Positions 28,059 to 37,736 of a stretch of 64,000 nucleotides of DNA are shown piece after piece (the stretch's first letter is position 1; every line of letters begins with the position of its first letter). The translations under genes were made by a program, and so were the position numbers. The notes beneath the pieces are model-generated. The model ran no database searches. It saw nothing but the letters and a program-made list of their open reading frames with translations, and was not told the origin of the DNA. Source of the DNA: Thermoplasmatota archaeon (lineage in GTDB: Archaea; Thermoplasmatota; E2; JACPAO01; JAHFTW01); NCBI GenBank assembly GCA_041601615.1, contig JBFIHX010000001.1, forward strand, positions 160,001-224,000, given 5' to 3'.

Positions 28059-29024
28059 TCAATCCGCAACCATGGTGGCCCGTGCTTCCCGAGCTTTGCC
28101 GCGTCGAATGGTTTGCGCCGCACCCAGCAACACAAGCCCCCCTCCCGCCGCGACCCAGATGCTTGGCACTTCTCCTACGAGCGGCCATGCCAGCAAAGCG
28201 GCTCCCACGGGTTCGAGCAGGATCCAGGTGGCGACGGTGTGGGCGGGCATGTAGCGGAAGCACCAGTTGGCGAGGGTGTGGCCGCCGAGCATGGGAACGG
28301 CGGCTAGCAGGACGAAGAAGACGAAACCGGTGCCACCCACGCCGGCCGAGAGGGGTTGGCCAAGGAGTGGAAGGGATGCTAGGAGTGTCAGCGCGGCGAT
28401 TGCGTAGACGGGGGTGACGTATTCGACGAGGCCGCGTGTGGCGCGCAGGCGGCGCCCGATGAGCATGTAGGCGGCGGATCCGAGGCCTCCGAGGATGGCG
28501 AGCAGGTCGCCAAACAGGGCGCGGCCGGAGTCGGGGGCGAGTCGGCCGTCGGCGCCGGCGATGACGAAGGCTCCAGTGGTGGCGACTAGGACGCCGATCC
28601 AGCCGCGTCGGGTGATGCGGTCGCCGAGGAACCAGTGGCCGCCGAGTGCGACGAAGATGGCTTGGAGGGTGACGAGGCTGACGCTTGCGGCGACGGTGGT
28701 GTAAAAGAGGCTCGTGACCCAGAGGCCGAAGTGGAGTCCGAGCGCGATGCCGCTGGCGGCGGTGATGGCCCATTCGCGGCGGGTGTAGTTGCGCCAGGCG
28801 GGCCAGGAGGACGCGGTGAACGGTAGCAGGAGGAGGACTGCGAAGGCGAGGCGCCAGAAGCTGGCGGTGAGGGGTGGGGCGTCGGCGAGCCGGAAGAAGG
28901 GGGCGGCAAAGGAGACGCTTAGAACGGCGGCGGCGAGGCCGAGTCCGGGCGGGAATGCGGGGGAGGTTGGTGGCGCGGAGGGCCGAGGATTTCCTGCAAG
29001 GGGTCCGGCCGTTGGCGCGTCCAC
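28059..29024 (-). CDS. DMT/EamA family transporter
   Basis: About 10 TM helices; HFGLW, GDLLA, GHTLANW and LLEPVGA motifs. Confidence 0.92.
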   Translation of the reverse strand: MDAPTAGPLAGNPRPSAPPTSPAFPPGLGLAAAVLSVSFAAPFFRLADAPPLTASFWRLAFAVLLLLPFTASSWPAWRNYTRREWAITAASGIALGLHFGLWVTSLFYTTVAASVSLVTLQAIFVALGGHWFLGDRITRRGWIGVLVATTGAFVIAGADGRLAPDSGRALFGDLLAILGGLGSAAYMLIGRRLRATRGLVEYVTPVYAIAALTLLASLPLLGQPLSAGVGGTGFVFFVLLAAVPMLGGHTLANWCFRYMPAHTVATWILLEPVGAALLAWPLVGEVPSIWVAAGGGLVLLGAAQTIRRGKAREARATMVAD

Positions 29025-29084
29025 GGGTGGCGAGGCTTGCGGGGGGTCTTGAATCGCCCGTTGCTGGTGCCGTGGCCGCCTTGG

Positions 29085-29408
29085 CTAGGATTGGAAATAG
29101 AGGGGGTGGTGGTAGACGCAGTTGGGGTTCCAGGGTACGGCGCATTTGGGGCAGCGGCTGGGGTCGGCAGCGTAGCGGCGCAGGCTCAGGCGGGTTCGGC
29201 AGGCTCCGCAAAGAACCGCTCGTCGGTGCAGGTCGTCGGGGCCCCAGACTTGCACGAGGTGGTCCGGGTGGGCTTCGTCGTGGCATGCGCGGCACGCCCA
29301 GAATCCGTCGCAGCAGGGGAATCGGAAGTTTGCGATGTCCAGTTGGGTGCGGTGGTGGGCGCAGCGGCCGGCGTCGTCTACGTCTCGCCCCTGGATCTGC
29401 ACGGTCAT
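29085..29408 (-). CDS. CHY zinc-finger protein
   Basis: RCAHH...FPCCDGFWACRACHDE...LCGAC...CPKC...NPNCVYH. Confidence 0.92.
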   Translation of the reverse strand: MTVQIQGRDVDDAGRCAHHRTQLDIANFRFPCCDGFWACRACHDEAHPDHLVQVWGPDDLHRRAVLCGACRTRLSLRRYAADPSRCPKCAVPWNPNCVYHHPLYFQS

Positions 29409-30001
29409 GCTCCGCTGGCGGCTGCACGATCGAGCAGGTAGTGGGTGATGGTGATGGCGTGGTTGCCGTGCAGCCAGACGGGGCCGAGACTGATGCGCAC
29501 GGCGTCGGGGGCGGCGGCGAGTTCGTCTTCGGAGAGGGGGATGTGGTCGCCCATCAGAAACAGCGGATCGGCTGGCAGGTCCTTGGCTGCGGTTTCGAGG
29601 GGTGCGCCGTCTTTGTCGAGGGCGACGGGGGTGCCGCCTAGTTCTGCGATTGCTTCGGCGAGCCCGAAGGGCGCCACTTGGATGCCGGGTTCCACATCCT
29701 CAAACCATGCATCTGGACAGGGGTGGCGCAGCGCTTTGCGGATGCGGGAGGCGGTGCTGCGCTCGTCGGGGTTTAGGTGTCGAATGAAGCGGGGATCGAG
29801 CACTACGGTGCGAGGCGAGGACGGATCGGCGAGGAACACGAAGGCGACTCGGGTGTCGCGGCGCAGGTCGTGGCTGTAGTGAAGAGCTGCTTGGGCGTTG
29901 CGACAAAGCAGGTCCACGCGGCCAGCGGCGCCGGATAAGTCCTCCAGCCCCCAGTCGCCGTTGGGTGGCACGGTGTGGCTTACGGTCAGGAACGTCCTCA
30001 T
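29405..30001 (-). CDS. trmY: tRNA (pseudouridine54-N1)-methyltransferase
   Basis: GRVDLLCR, SHDLRRD, PDERS, GDH and SLGPVWLH SPOUT motifs. Confidence 0.92.
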   Translation of the reverse strand: MRTFLTVSHTVPPNGDWGLEDLSGAAGRVDLLCRNAQAALHYSHDLRRDTRVAFVFLADPSSPRTVVLDPRFIRHLNPDERSTASRIRKALRHPCPDAWFEDVEPGIQVAPFGLAEAIAELGGTPVALDKDGAPLETAAKDLPADPLFLMGDHIPLSEDELAAAPDAVRISLGPVWLHGNHAITITHYLLDRAAASGA

Positions 30002-30162
30002 GCTCGTTCGCTCCGGGCGTTTGGCGTCCCGGGGTGGTGTCGGCGGGACGGGCTCAGGAGCAGGGATAATTCATGCACGGCTGGGCCAGTCGGCGATTCA
30101 TGATGATAGTGCCGGGTTGACCAAAAGGAAGCACTTGCCGCGGGTGCAAATTGGTAAAGGTC

Positions 30163-30228
30163 GGACACGGCGCGGACATGGCGCGGACAAGGTGGAGACC
30201 AGGCGGGGACAAGGCGCAGACACGGGGA
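30163..30228. repeat. six phased 11-bp direct repeats (RGACANGGCGC)
   Basis: GGACACGGCGC GGACATGGCGC GGACAAGGTGG AGACCAGGCGG GGACAAGGCGC AGACACGGGGA in a divergent intergenic region. Confidence 0.8.
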
Positions 30229-30356
30229 TGAATGGGCCCTCGAATTCGGAGGAGGACCCAAGGAACGCCTGGCCCACGCGACCGGCTCCAGTACTCGGCG
30301 GCCCAACCAATGGAATGCCCAGCACTCTTATGAACCACCGATTCGCCTTGCCTGCC

Positions 30357-31892
30357 ATGCGCTGTTCGTCTGTGGCCTTGATTCTAGCCGTCTCCATCCT
30401 GGCAGGTTGCCTTGATGATGGCGGCGACCCAGACGAACTGAATTCGCAAATTCCCGACCTCCTGCCGGCGATTTTGAACGACGCAGGATCGATTTCCGTG
30501 GAGGTACCGGTGGATGTATTCATGGTGGGCTTCCCGGAGAGCACTGCTGCGGCGGTGCGTGAGGATCTCACGGATGAAGCCATCGAACACGGTGTGTATG
30601 GCTTCTCTCGGAACTTGCTTGGTCCCGATGGCGCCACCGCGGGGTTCATGCCCAATCCGGTGCAACCCATGGCAAAGTACCGGGTTCATGCGGTTCCGCT
30701 TGGCAATTTGACATCGCAATTGGACCAAGTCCGGGTTGACAGTTACTATGACGCCAATGCCGCCGAGGAGGCCCTCGTTCAGTTGCTTACCGACGCTGGC
30801 TTTGCATTGGACGCAAACCGCCCTGCGTTGGTCTTGCTGCACCTAGGAGACAAAGGACACGGGTACCGCATCATGTACGAGACGGGCCACGTGGACCGAG
30901 TTCGTGCATTTGGCGAGCGGACACATCTTCTTGTGCTGGACGTTTCGGCAGCGGTCGACCCCTGGGTCGGAAGCCAACTTAGCTACCAATCTCCGGTGGG
31001 ATTCGACAACAAGGACGCATTGGTGGAAGCCGTTCGGGCAGCGACGCACTTCCGTTTGTTGCAAGGACCACTGTACCCTCCGGCTCTCGCGCCGTGCCAC
31101 GCGGTGACGCTCCTCACGGTTGTGCGCGCCGCATCTCTTACCGAAGTGCTACCGGGATACACCCGCGCCGAGGACTTGGTGCAACCCGACAACTTGGTGC
31201 AAGCGTGGGAGGCATTGCTTGGCGATGGGCGCGTTCACGTGGACCCCGCGTTCCTCGAATTGCCTTCGGGTGATCCTGGATTGGACTTGATTCTGCGCAC
31301 CGGGGACCTTGACGCTTTGCGCTACTGGATGGATGAAAACTGGGATACCTACTGGGTCCCCCATGATGGCTGCGAAGCGTACGTCAGCATCTTCCTCGTG
31401 GGAGACGTTGCCGACAGCGGTGTGAGCGGCATCGCCATGTACGATGTGCGTGACGATCGCCGACTCAGCCTCAGCAGTTTAAACGACCAAGCACGCATGC
31501 GCGAGGAGGGTACAGGAATGGGCGCCCCGATATTCTATGTCCCCGACGATAGCCGGTATGAGACCGACTGGCTGGATTTCCTGTACACGCACGAGACGGG
31601 GCACCTGTTTTCGATGCGCCACCCGCACGACATCACGATTCTCGGAACCGGGGGATTCAACCCGACGTTTTCCAGCATCTGGAGCGCCATGAGCTACCAG
31701 GAGGACGGGAAACTGCCTCAATTTGGCGTGGTGGACCAGACCAATTATGCTCGAAACCGCGCAGGATTTTTGCTGCAGGAACTCGCAGGAACCGACCCGG
31801 ATCATCCCGCCATCCAGTCCGCATTGGGCCACATGGGCCAATTCCACTGGCGGGCGGCGGGCGCGGTCCTTGAAGAGGCCCTGGAAGTCTAG
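30357..31892 (+). CDS. lipoprotein zinc metalloprotease (metzincin-like)
   Basis: Lipobox ILAGC; HETGHLFSMRHPHD and Met-turn SAMSY. Confidence 0.82.
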   Translation: MRCSSVALILAVSILAGCLDDGGDPDELNSQIPDLLPAILNDAGSISVEVPVDVFMVGFPESTAAAVREDLTDEAIEHGVYGFSRNLLGPDGATAGFMPNPVQPMAKYRVHAVPLGNLTSQLDQVRVDSYYDANAAEEALVQLLTDAGFALDANRPALVLLHLGDKGHGYRIMYETGHVDRVRAFGERTHLLVLDVSAAVDPWVGSQLSYQSPVGFDNKDALVEAVRAATHFRLLQGPLYPPALAPCHAVTLLTVVRAASLTEVLPGYTRAEDLVQPDNLVQAWEALLGDGRVHVDPAFLELPSGDPGLDLILRTGDLDALRYWMDENWDTYWVPHDGCEAYVSIFLVGDVADSGVSGIAMYDVRDDRRLSLSSLNDQARMREEGTGMGAPIFYVPDDSRYETDWLDFLYTHETGHLFSMRHPHDITILGTGGFNPTFSSIWSAMSYQEDGKLPQFGVVDQTNYARNRAGFLLQELAGTDPDHPAIQSALGHMGQFHWRAAGAVLEEALEV

Positions 31893-31896
31893 ACAG

Positions 31897-32028
31897 TCAC
31901 TCTTCCTCGTCCTTGCGGGCGCGGTCGTCGGCGCCGTCGGCATTCCACTGTTTGCGTCGAGGCAGCAACAGGACGCCCGCGATTCCTGCCACAACCAAGA
32001 CGACAACAAGGATGGTGCCCCAGTCCAC
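31897..32028 (-). CDS. small single-pass membrane protein
   Basis: VDWGTILVVVLVVAGIAGVLLLPRRK; fills the gap between flanking genes. Confidence 0.45.
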   Translation of the reverse strand: MDWGTILVVVLVVAGIAGVLLLPRRKQWNADGADDRARKDEEE

Positions 32029-32138
32029 GGTGCTGCCAGCGTTGCCTTGCTCATAGGGATTGGCAAGGTCCTGCCGGCCCTTGGGTACCGGGGGCCTCTG
32101 TGCCGGGGGGTGGATTGCCAGTATGCGCATGGCCATCA

Positions 32139-33890
32139 ATGGTGACGACCCAGCATGTCGTGGTCGTTCCGGTGGCACCTTGGTATTCGTCGTGGATCAC
32201 GCCCCGCCAGGACATCATCGATCCGAACGAGCGCCGTGAGGCCCGAGCGTTTCTTCTGATGATGCTCGCGCTCCTGGCAAGCGGTGTCCTCTTCGTGGGG
32301 CTCGACTTGACGTTGTTCATTCTTGGCAGCGCCTCGGATGACCCGTTGCGCCTCGTGCTGGGGTTGTTCGCCCTGGCGGCACTGGCGTTGGCCTACGCCC
32401 TTTCGCTGCGGGGCCGACTGTACCCGGGCGCGGTCTTGCTGGTGACCATCATCCTGGCGGGGTCCTGGGTGCTGGTCTGGGCACGCCCGGAGCAAATACA
32501 TGATTGGGCCGGCCACACATTGCTTCTCAACGCCATCATGGCCGTGGTGTTTTTTCGACCCCGGCACCTGGTGATGGTGCACGCACTCAACCTGTCGTTC
32601 TTGGTCGTCCTGGCAGCGCTCCATGCACAACACGCGGCAGCTTGGGCGGTGTCCATGGGGGTCTACGTCGTGGGTGCGGCGGCGTTGTCCGTCCGGCGCG
32701 TGCTTACGGACTGGAGTCTGCGCGACCTGGACACGTTCACGGCAGAGTGGAATGCGGTGCTATCCTCCACGGAAGCGGCGATCGTGAGCCTCGACCGCGA
32801 CTACCGCGTGCGGTCGCACAACGGGGCTGCGCAACGGCTTGCCGCACTTGCGGGGTTTCCGCTGCTGGAGGTGGGGCAGCGCGTCCTCGATTTCGTCCCG
32901 GCCTCCGTGCAGCAACGGCTTGCCGCGATCGTCGAACCGGCCTTCGCGGGCACCATCGTGCAGGACCGGTGCGAATTTTCAACCGGCGGGCACAAGATCC
33001 AGTTGGAGACGGAGGTCCACCCGATGCGGTCGCGCGACGGCCGCATTGTGGGTGCTGCGGCGCTCCTTCATGACGTGACGGCGCGGGAGGCCAACCGTGC
33101 ACGCGTGGAGCGGCGCGTGGCGGCGACCCAGCTTGCGGTCCTGAACGCCGCAAGCCACGAACTCAACACCCCCCTGACACCCCTCGTCATCCAGATGAGC
33201 CTGCTGCGCAAGGAGCGCCTGGGGCCCCTGACCCCGCTGCAACGGCATTCCCTGGATACCATGAACCGGAGCGTGCGTCAACTGCAACGCAACGTGGACG
33301 CGTTCTTGCAGGCGACCCGGATGGAGCAGGACCTTACCTGGGTGGACCGGGATCGCGTGGACCTGGCCGGTCTCGTGCGCCACTGGTCGGCAACCCGTGA
33401 TTCTGGCCGGCGCGTGCGCCTGCGCCTGGGAGAAGAGTCCGCGGAGGTGTCCGGTGACCGCCGGTTGCTCCAGGCGGCGCTGCAGCATGCGGTCTCGGTG
33501 GTGCTGCGCTGGAACCAGTCCGGTCGGCCGGCGATCGACCTGGACGTGGAAGGGGCGGATGTCGTCCTGCAGGTCGCGGACTCCTCTAGTTCTGTGCGCG
33601 AACCGGACCTAGAGAGCATCCGCCGGTTGCTTCGTGATCCGTCCGGGATGGGCGGGGACGTTTCCTTGCTGCCGTTGCACGTGTGCCGTCGCATCGTGCA
33701 GGCGCACGGGGGTGCCGTGGATGCCGGGCTCGATGCGTCAGCCGGGTTCTACGTACAGGTCCAGCTTCCGCTTGCCCCGGCGATGCACGACGACGAGGAG
33801 TCGCCTGCGTCGCTGCCTGAGACCAGTTCGGTCCTGCACGCAAACGGTGCACGGGAGCGACGGGAGCCGTTCGTCACTTCTGGAACTTGA
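32139..33890 (+). CDS. membrane PAS sensor histidine kinase with degenerate ATPase domain
   Basis: TM bundle, PAS domain, H-box ASHELNTPL; N, G1 and G2 boxes degenerate. Confidence 0.85.
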   Translation: MVTTQHVVVVPVAPWYSSWITPRQDIIDPNERREARAFLLMMLALLASGVLFVGLDLTLFILGSASDDPLRLVLGLFALAALALAYALSLRGRLYPGAVLLVTIILAGSWVLVWARPEQIHDWAGHTLLLNAIMAVVFFRPRHLVMVHALNLSFLVVLAALHAQHAAAWAVSMGVYVVGAAALSVRRVLTDWSLRDLDTFTAEWNAVLSSTEAAIVSLDRDYRVRSHNGAAQRLAALAGFPLLEVGQRVLDFVPASVQQRLAAIVEPAFAGTIVQDRCEFSTGGHKIQLETEVHPMRSRDGRIVGAAALLHDVTAREANRARVERRVAATQLAVLNAASHELNTPLTPLVIQMSLLRKERLGPLTPLQRHSLDTMNRSVRQLQRNVDAFLQATRMEQDLTWVDRDRVDLAGLVRHWSATRDSGRRVRLRLGEESAEVSGDRRLLQAALQHAVSVVLRWNQSGRPAIDLDVEGADVVLQVADSSSSVREPDLESIRRLLRDPSGMGGDVSLLPLHVCRRIVQAHGGAVDAGLDASAGFYVQVQLPLAPAMHDDEESPASLPETSSVLHANGARERREPFVTSGT

Positions 33891-35226
33891 GCTGCCGCAT
33901 CAACTGGCGCTGCATCTTCCGGTTGCTGGACAAGCCCTTCATCATGTTCCGGGTCGTGTCGTAGTACTTCAAGAGCTCCTTGATGTCCTTCTGCTCCGTA
34001 CCGCTGCCGCGCGCGATGCGCTTGACGCGACTGGACTTCAGAAGTTGCGGGTTCTCGCGCTCTTCATCGGTCATCGAAGACAATATCACCTTGTACTGGC
34101 TCATTTTGTCCTGCGTCGCGCCCATGTCGCGGCCCTGCAGCGAAGCGCCCATGCCACCAGGCAACATCTGGGCTACTTTGCCAAGCGGGCCCATTTTGCC
34201 AATCATGTCCATTTGGGAGCGCATGTCGTTGAGTGTGAACTTGCCCGACATCATCTTGCGGGCCATCTTTTCGGCGTTGACACCGCTGCTTGCTTCCTGG
34301 GCCTTCTCCAGAAGCGCATCCAGGTCGCCCATGCCAAGCAACCGACCAATGAATCGCTTCGGGTCTAGAGGCTCAAGCTCGTCCACGTGCTCGCCGGTTC
34401 CGATGAACACCACGGGGGCGCCCGTCGCGGCGACGGCAGAAAGCGCACCTCCACCCTTGGCCGTACCGTCCATTTTGGTGATGATGGTGCCCGTCAAACC
34501 CACGGCTTCATGGAATGCCGTTGCCTGCACAGCCGCTTGCTGGCCTACTTGAGCATCCATCACGAGGAATTTTTCGTCCGGGTTGGCCGCCTTGAAGATC
34601 GCCTCCATTTCCGTAATAAGGCCCGATTCGAGCTTGTCACGGCCCGCCGTGTCCACGATGATGATGTCGTGCTTGCGGCGCAGCTCTGTCATGCCACGTT
34701 CGACGATGCCGACGGCGCGGTCGCTGCCGTGCGTTTCTCCTCCCACAGCCTTTTCGCCGTAGAAGGTGACGCCCACTTGTTCGGCGAGCGTCTTGAGCTG
34801 GTCGTGCGCAGCAGGCCGGTGCACGTCGCCAGCGATGACTCCCACACGCATTCCCTTCTTCTTGAAGTGCGCCGCGAGCTTGCCGGTGGTGGTTGTTTTT
34901 CCCTGTCCATACAGGCCCACCATCATGATGACCTGCTTCTTGAGGGGAATCTTGCGCGGCTCGCCCAGGAGCTTCACCAATTCGTCGTGGACGATGCGAA
35001 TCACGTGCTCGCGGTTGCTCATCCCGGGAAGCGGCTTCTCTTCCATGGCGCGCTTTTCGATGGTCTTGGACAACTCCAGGACCTGACGCACATTCATGTC
35101 CGCCTGCAAGAGCGCACGCTGGATATCGCGGGTGACCTCCTTGATGAGCGCACCGTCGATGTGCCCCGCGTTGGCAATCTTCTTGAGGGTGCTTCGGAGG
35201 CTGTCTCCGAGACCTTCCAGAACCAT
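33874..35226 (-). CDS. srp54: signal recognition particle protein SRP54
   Basis: GLYGQGKTTT, DTAGR, TKMDGTAKGGG and Met-rich M domain. Confidence 0.97.
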   Translation of the reverse strand: MVLEGLGDSLRSTLKKIANAGHIDGALIKEVTRDIQRALLQADMNVRQVLELSKTIEKRAMEEKPLPGMSNREHVIRIVHDELVKLLGEPRKIPLKKQVIMMVGLYGQGKTTTTGKLAAHFKKKGMRVGVIAGDVHRPAAHDQLKTLAEQVGVTFYGEKAVGGETHGSDRAVGIVERGMTELRRKHDIIIVDTAGRDKLESGLITEMEAIFKAANPDEKFLVMDAQVGQQAAVQATAFHEAVGLTGTIITKMDGTAKGGGALSAVAATGAPVVFIGTGEHVDELEPLDPKRFIGRLLGMGDLDALLEKAQEASSGVNAEKMARKMMSGKFTLNDMRSQMDMIGKMGPLGKVAQMLPGGMGASLQGRDMGATQDKMSQYKVILSSMTDEERENPQLLKSSRVKRIARGSGTEQKDIKELLKYYDTTRNMMKGLSSNRKMQRQLMRQLKFQK

Positions 35227-35357
35227 GGGCGCGCCAGAACGCCAGACCTCATAAGCGCGGCGCAAGGAACACAGCCCCGACACCGCCGAGCGCCCGGCCC
35301 AGGCCCGTGTCGATTCGGCTCGGAACCTTGATGCCCCACCGCTATGTCGGCAGGCTC

Positions 35358-35687
35358 GTGGAGCCCGAACCGGAGCCCTCCGTCGACGCGCACATCCTCG
35401 GCAGCGAAGGCGATTTACCCTCGCACCCGGAACACGACAAAGTGCCGTTCATCGCGCTCGGATTCGTCGTCGCCGGCTACCTGCCGCTTGGTTGGTACGC
35501 GGCGATTCTTGGCTTCGGAAAATTCGGCCCGCTCGAAGTCCCCGCCATCGTCGCCATGGTCGGCGTGTTGTTCGCGGTCATCGGCATCCTTCGCGCCGTG
35601 GACTGGAAGGACCCGCAGGCGCTGCGCTGGAGTTCCATCGCAGGCGTTCTCGGGTTTGTGCGGTTGTTCGTGGTGCCGTGGTTTTAG
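35358..35687 (+). CDS. small membrane protein
   Basis: Three hydrophobic segments; GTG start inferred. Confidence 0.6.
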   Translation: MEPEPEPSVDAHILGSEGDLPSHPEHDKVPFIALGFVVAGYLPLGWYAAILGFGKFGPLEVPAIVAMVGVLFAVIGILRAVDWKDPQALRWSSIAGVLGFVRLFVVPWF

Positions 35688-35792
35688 GCACCATCGCCAC
35701 GATTCGTGCCCGCCCTCCGTGTGCCACAGATCGCCACCACGCACCACGTCCACACCCACGCGTTGATATACAGGGTCCGCTGGCTCAAGCCT

Positions 35793-36830
35793 ATGCTGGA
35801 ACGCGTACCCACGATTCTCACCGGCCAGGAGATCTTGGACAAGGCCTTCCAGCGAGCCAACAAGATCGACATTCCCGATCCTGTTCGGTACCACCGCATT
35901 CGTAAGACGGAAGCGGCGCGCATGCAGTCCGTGGTGGACACGGTCTGTGAGACCCTAGCTCGCTTCCCGGCGGCGTTTCCGAACATGGACGGCTTGCGCC
36001 CCTACGACCAAGAAGTGCTGGACATCGTGGCGGGCCTGCCCCGACTTCGCAAGGCGCTTGGCAGTGTTGCGTGGGCCAGCCAGAAGGTTCGCGACATTGG
36101 CCAACAAGCCAACCAGCAAATGGCTCGCGAGCGCAATGTCGAAGGCATCAAGCAGGCGCAGAAGAAGTGCTATGGCCGCATGAGCAGCGTCGTCTACGAA
36201 GTGGACAAGGCGCTGGCGGTGCTCGCGGAGACCCGCGAGGCATGCAAGAAGCTCCCCTCGGTTCGCCCCGACTACGCCACCGTAGTCATCGCGGGCTATC
36301 CGAACGTGGGCAAGACCAGTTTGCTGCGCGCTTGGACCGGAAGCCGCGCCGAGGTCAACGAATATTCCTTCACCACGAAGCACGCGGAGGTCGGCCATTT
36401 TGATGCCATCGACCGCCACGGCGTCCAAACACGCTACCAACTCGTGGACACCCCGGGCTTGTTGGACCGGCCAGAGGAAGACCGCAACGCCATCGAAAAG
36501 CAAGCTGTCGCGGCGCTGCGTTTTGCTGCCGATGCGGTTCTGTTCCTGATTGACCCCACGGAGACCGCCGGCTACAGCGTCAAACAACAAGAAGCGCTCT
36601 TGGAGCAGACCCGCAGCGAGATGGTTGGTATTCCGATGCTCATTGTGGAGTCCAAGTGGGACCTAGCGCAGTACCTCGATTTGCAAAAGGACCCGGAGCG
36701 CATGTCCATCAGCACTCTGACCGGGCATGGCCTTGAGGAGCTGAAGGCGGCGATGCTGGATATGCTCCCCGATGAGGGCGACTTGGAGTTGGAAGTGGAC
36801 CCCCTGGACGCCTGGCGCCCGAACCGCTAG
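35793..36830 (+). CDS. NOG1-family GTPase
   Basis: PTILT...LDKAF, GYPNVGKTS, YSFTTK, DTPGLLDR and RNAIEKQA motifs. Confidence 0.93.
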   Translation: MLERVPTILTGQEILDKAFQRANKIDIPDPVRYHRIRKTEAARMQSVVDTVCETLARFPAAFPNMDGLRPYDQEVLDIVAGLPRLRKALGSVAWASQKVRDIGQQANQQMARERNVEGIKQAQKKCYGRMSSVVYEVDKALAVLAETREACKKLPSVRPDYATVVIAGYPNVGKTSLLRAWTGSRAEVNEYSFTTKHAEVGHFDAIDRHGVQTRYQLVDTPGLLDRPEEDRNAIEKQAVAALRFAADAVLFLIDPTETAGYSVKQQEALLEQTRSEMVGIPMLIVESKWDLAQYLDLQKDPERMSISTLTGHGLEELKAAMLDMLPDEGDLELEVDPLDAWRPNR

Positions 36831-36874
36831 CCTCTACCCCCAGCCTTATCAATGCCTGGAGCCAAAAGGCGACC

Positions 36875-37054
36875 ATGGACGGGGAGCGGAAGATGGACGC
36901 CTACTGTGAGGACTGTGGCGAGCCCACCCGACACTTCCAGGTGGATCCCGGATCGTGTCGGTGCAGCGTGTGCGGACGCGTGCAGCAGTTGATGGTACCC
37001 ACCGAGGCAGGCATGCTTACTCTGGGCCACGCGATTCCTGAATTGGCCGCATAG
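36875..37054 (+). CDS. small zinc-ribbon protein (59 aa, absent from the ORF track)
   Basis: MDGERKMDAYCEDCGEPTRH...CRCSVCGRVQ; TATA-like CTTATCAA about 25 nt upstream. Confidence 0.65.
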   Translation: MDGERKMDAYCEDCGEPTRHFQVDPGSCRCSVCGRVQQLMVPTEAGMLTLGHAIPELAA

Positions 37055-37055
37055 G

Positions 37056-37736
37056 CTACCTAGAAGGACCCGCCGTGTCCGGTTGGCAAGCCGTGATGTG
37101 TTGTACGGAGCCGTGTAGGCTCTGCGCTGCGGCACTTTCACCAGCAACGCTTGGGCCGTGGCCACAATGCAGGGCTCGCACGGGTAGGCGTTCGAGTCGT
37201 AGAATGCTCTCGTACAGGACGCGTACGTCACCGTCGGGAAAGTCGAAGCGCCCGATGCCGCCGCCGGCAAACACCGTATCACCCGAAAACAACGTGCCTG
37301 TGCCCTCGTGCCAGTAGCAGAGGCTTCCGGGACTGTGGCCGGGAGTCCCGAGGACGGCGACGTTTGCGCCCCCCAGCACCACATGGTCTCCGTCGCCCAC
37401 GACTTCATCCACGGCCAATACAGGCAGATTCGTGCCGAACATTTTGCTCGTTACATCGTATCCGGCTGCGAGCTTGTCGGCGGTGGGTCCAGAAGTGACG
37501 ATGCGGGCGCCTAGGTTTTGCCAGTGCGGCAAGCCGCCCGTGTGGTCGAAGTGCTCGTGGGTGACGGCTACGCGTTGGATGCGGTGCGGATCAACCACGG
37601 CTGCGACTTCCGCGAGGATGCGGTTTTGGTCCAAGCCCACGCCACCATCGATGAGGTCATACTGGTTGGAGGCGGGGTCTTTGAGTAAGAACAGATTGCA
37701 ATCGTATCCTCGCCCTCCGATTGGGATGATCTTCAC
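37056..37736 (-). CDS. MBL-fold metallohydrolase
   Basis: THEHFDHTGG, TPGHSPG, SGD and GHG motifs. Confidence 0.92.
   Translation of the reverse strand: MKIIPIGGRGYDCNLFLLKDPASNQYDLIDGGVGLDQNRILAEVAAVVDPHRIQRVAVTHEHFDHTGGLPHWQNLGARIVTSGPTADKLAAGYDVTSKMFGTNLPVLAVDEVVGDGDHVVLGGANVAVLGTPGHSPGSLCYWHEGTGTLFSGDTVFAGGGIGRFDFPDGDVRVLYESILRLERLPVRALHCGHGPSVAGESAAAQSLHGSVQHITACQPDTAGPSR

Noticed and set aside
30100-30160. C/D box sRNA (ATGATGA)
   Set aside because: No correctly placed CTGA D box
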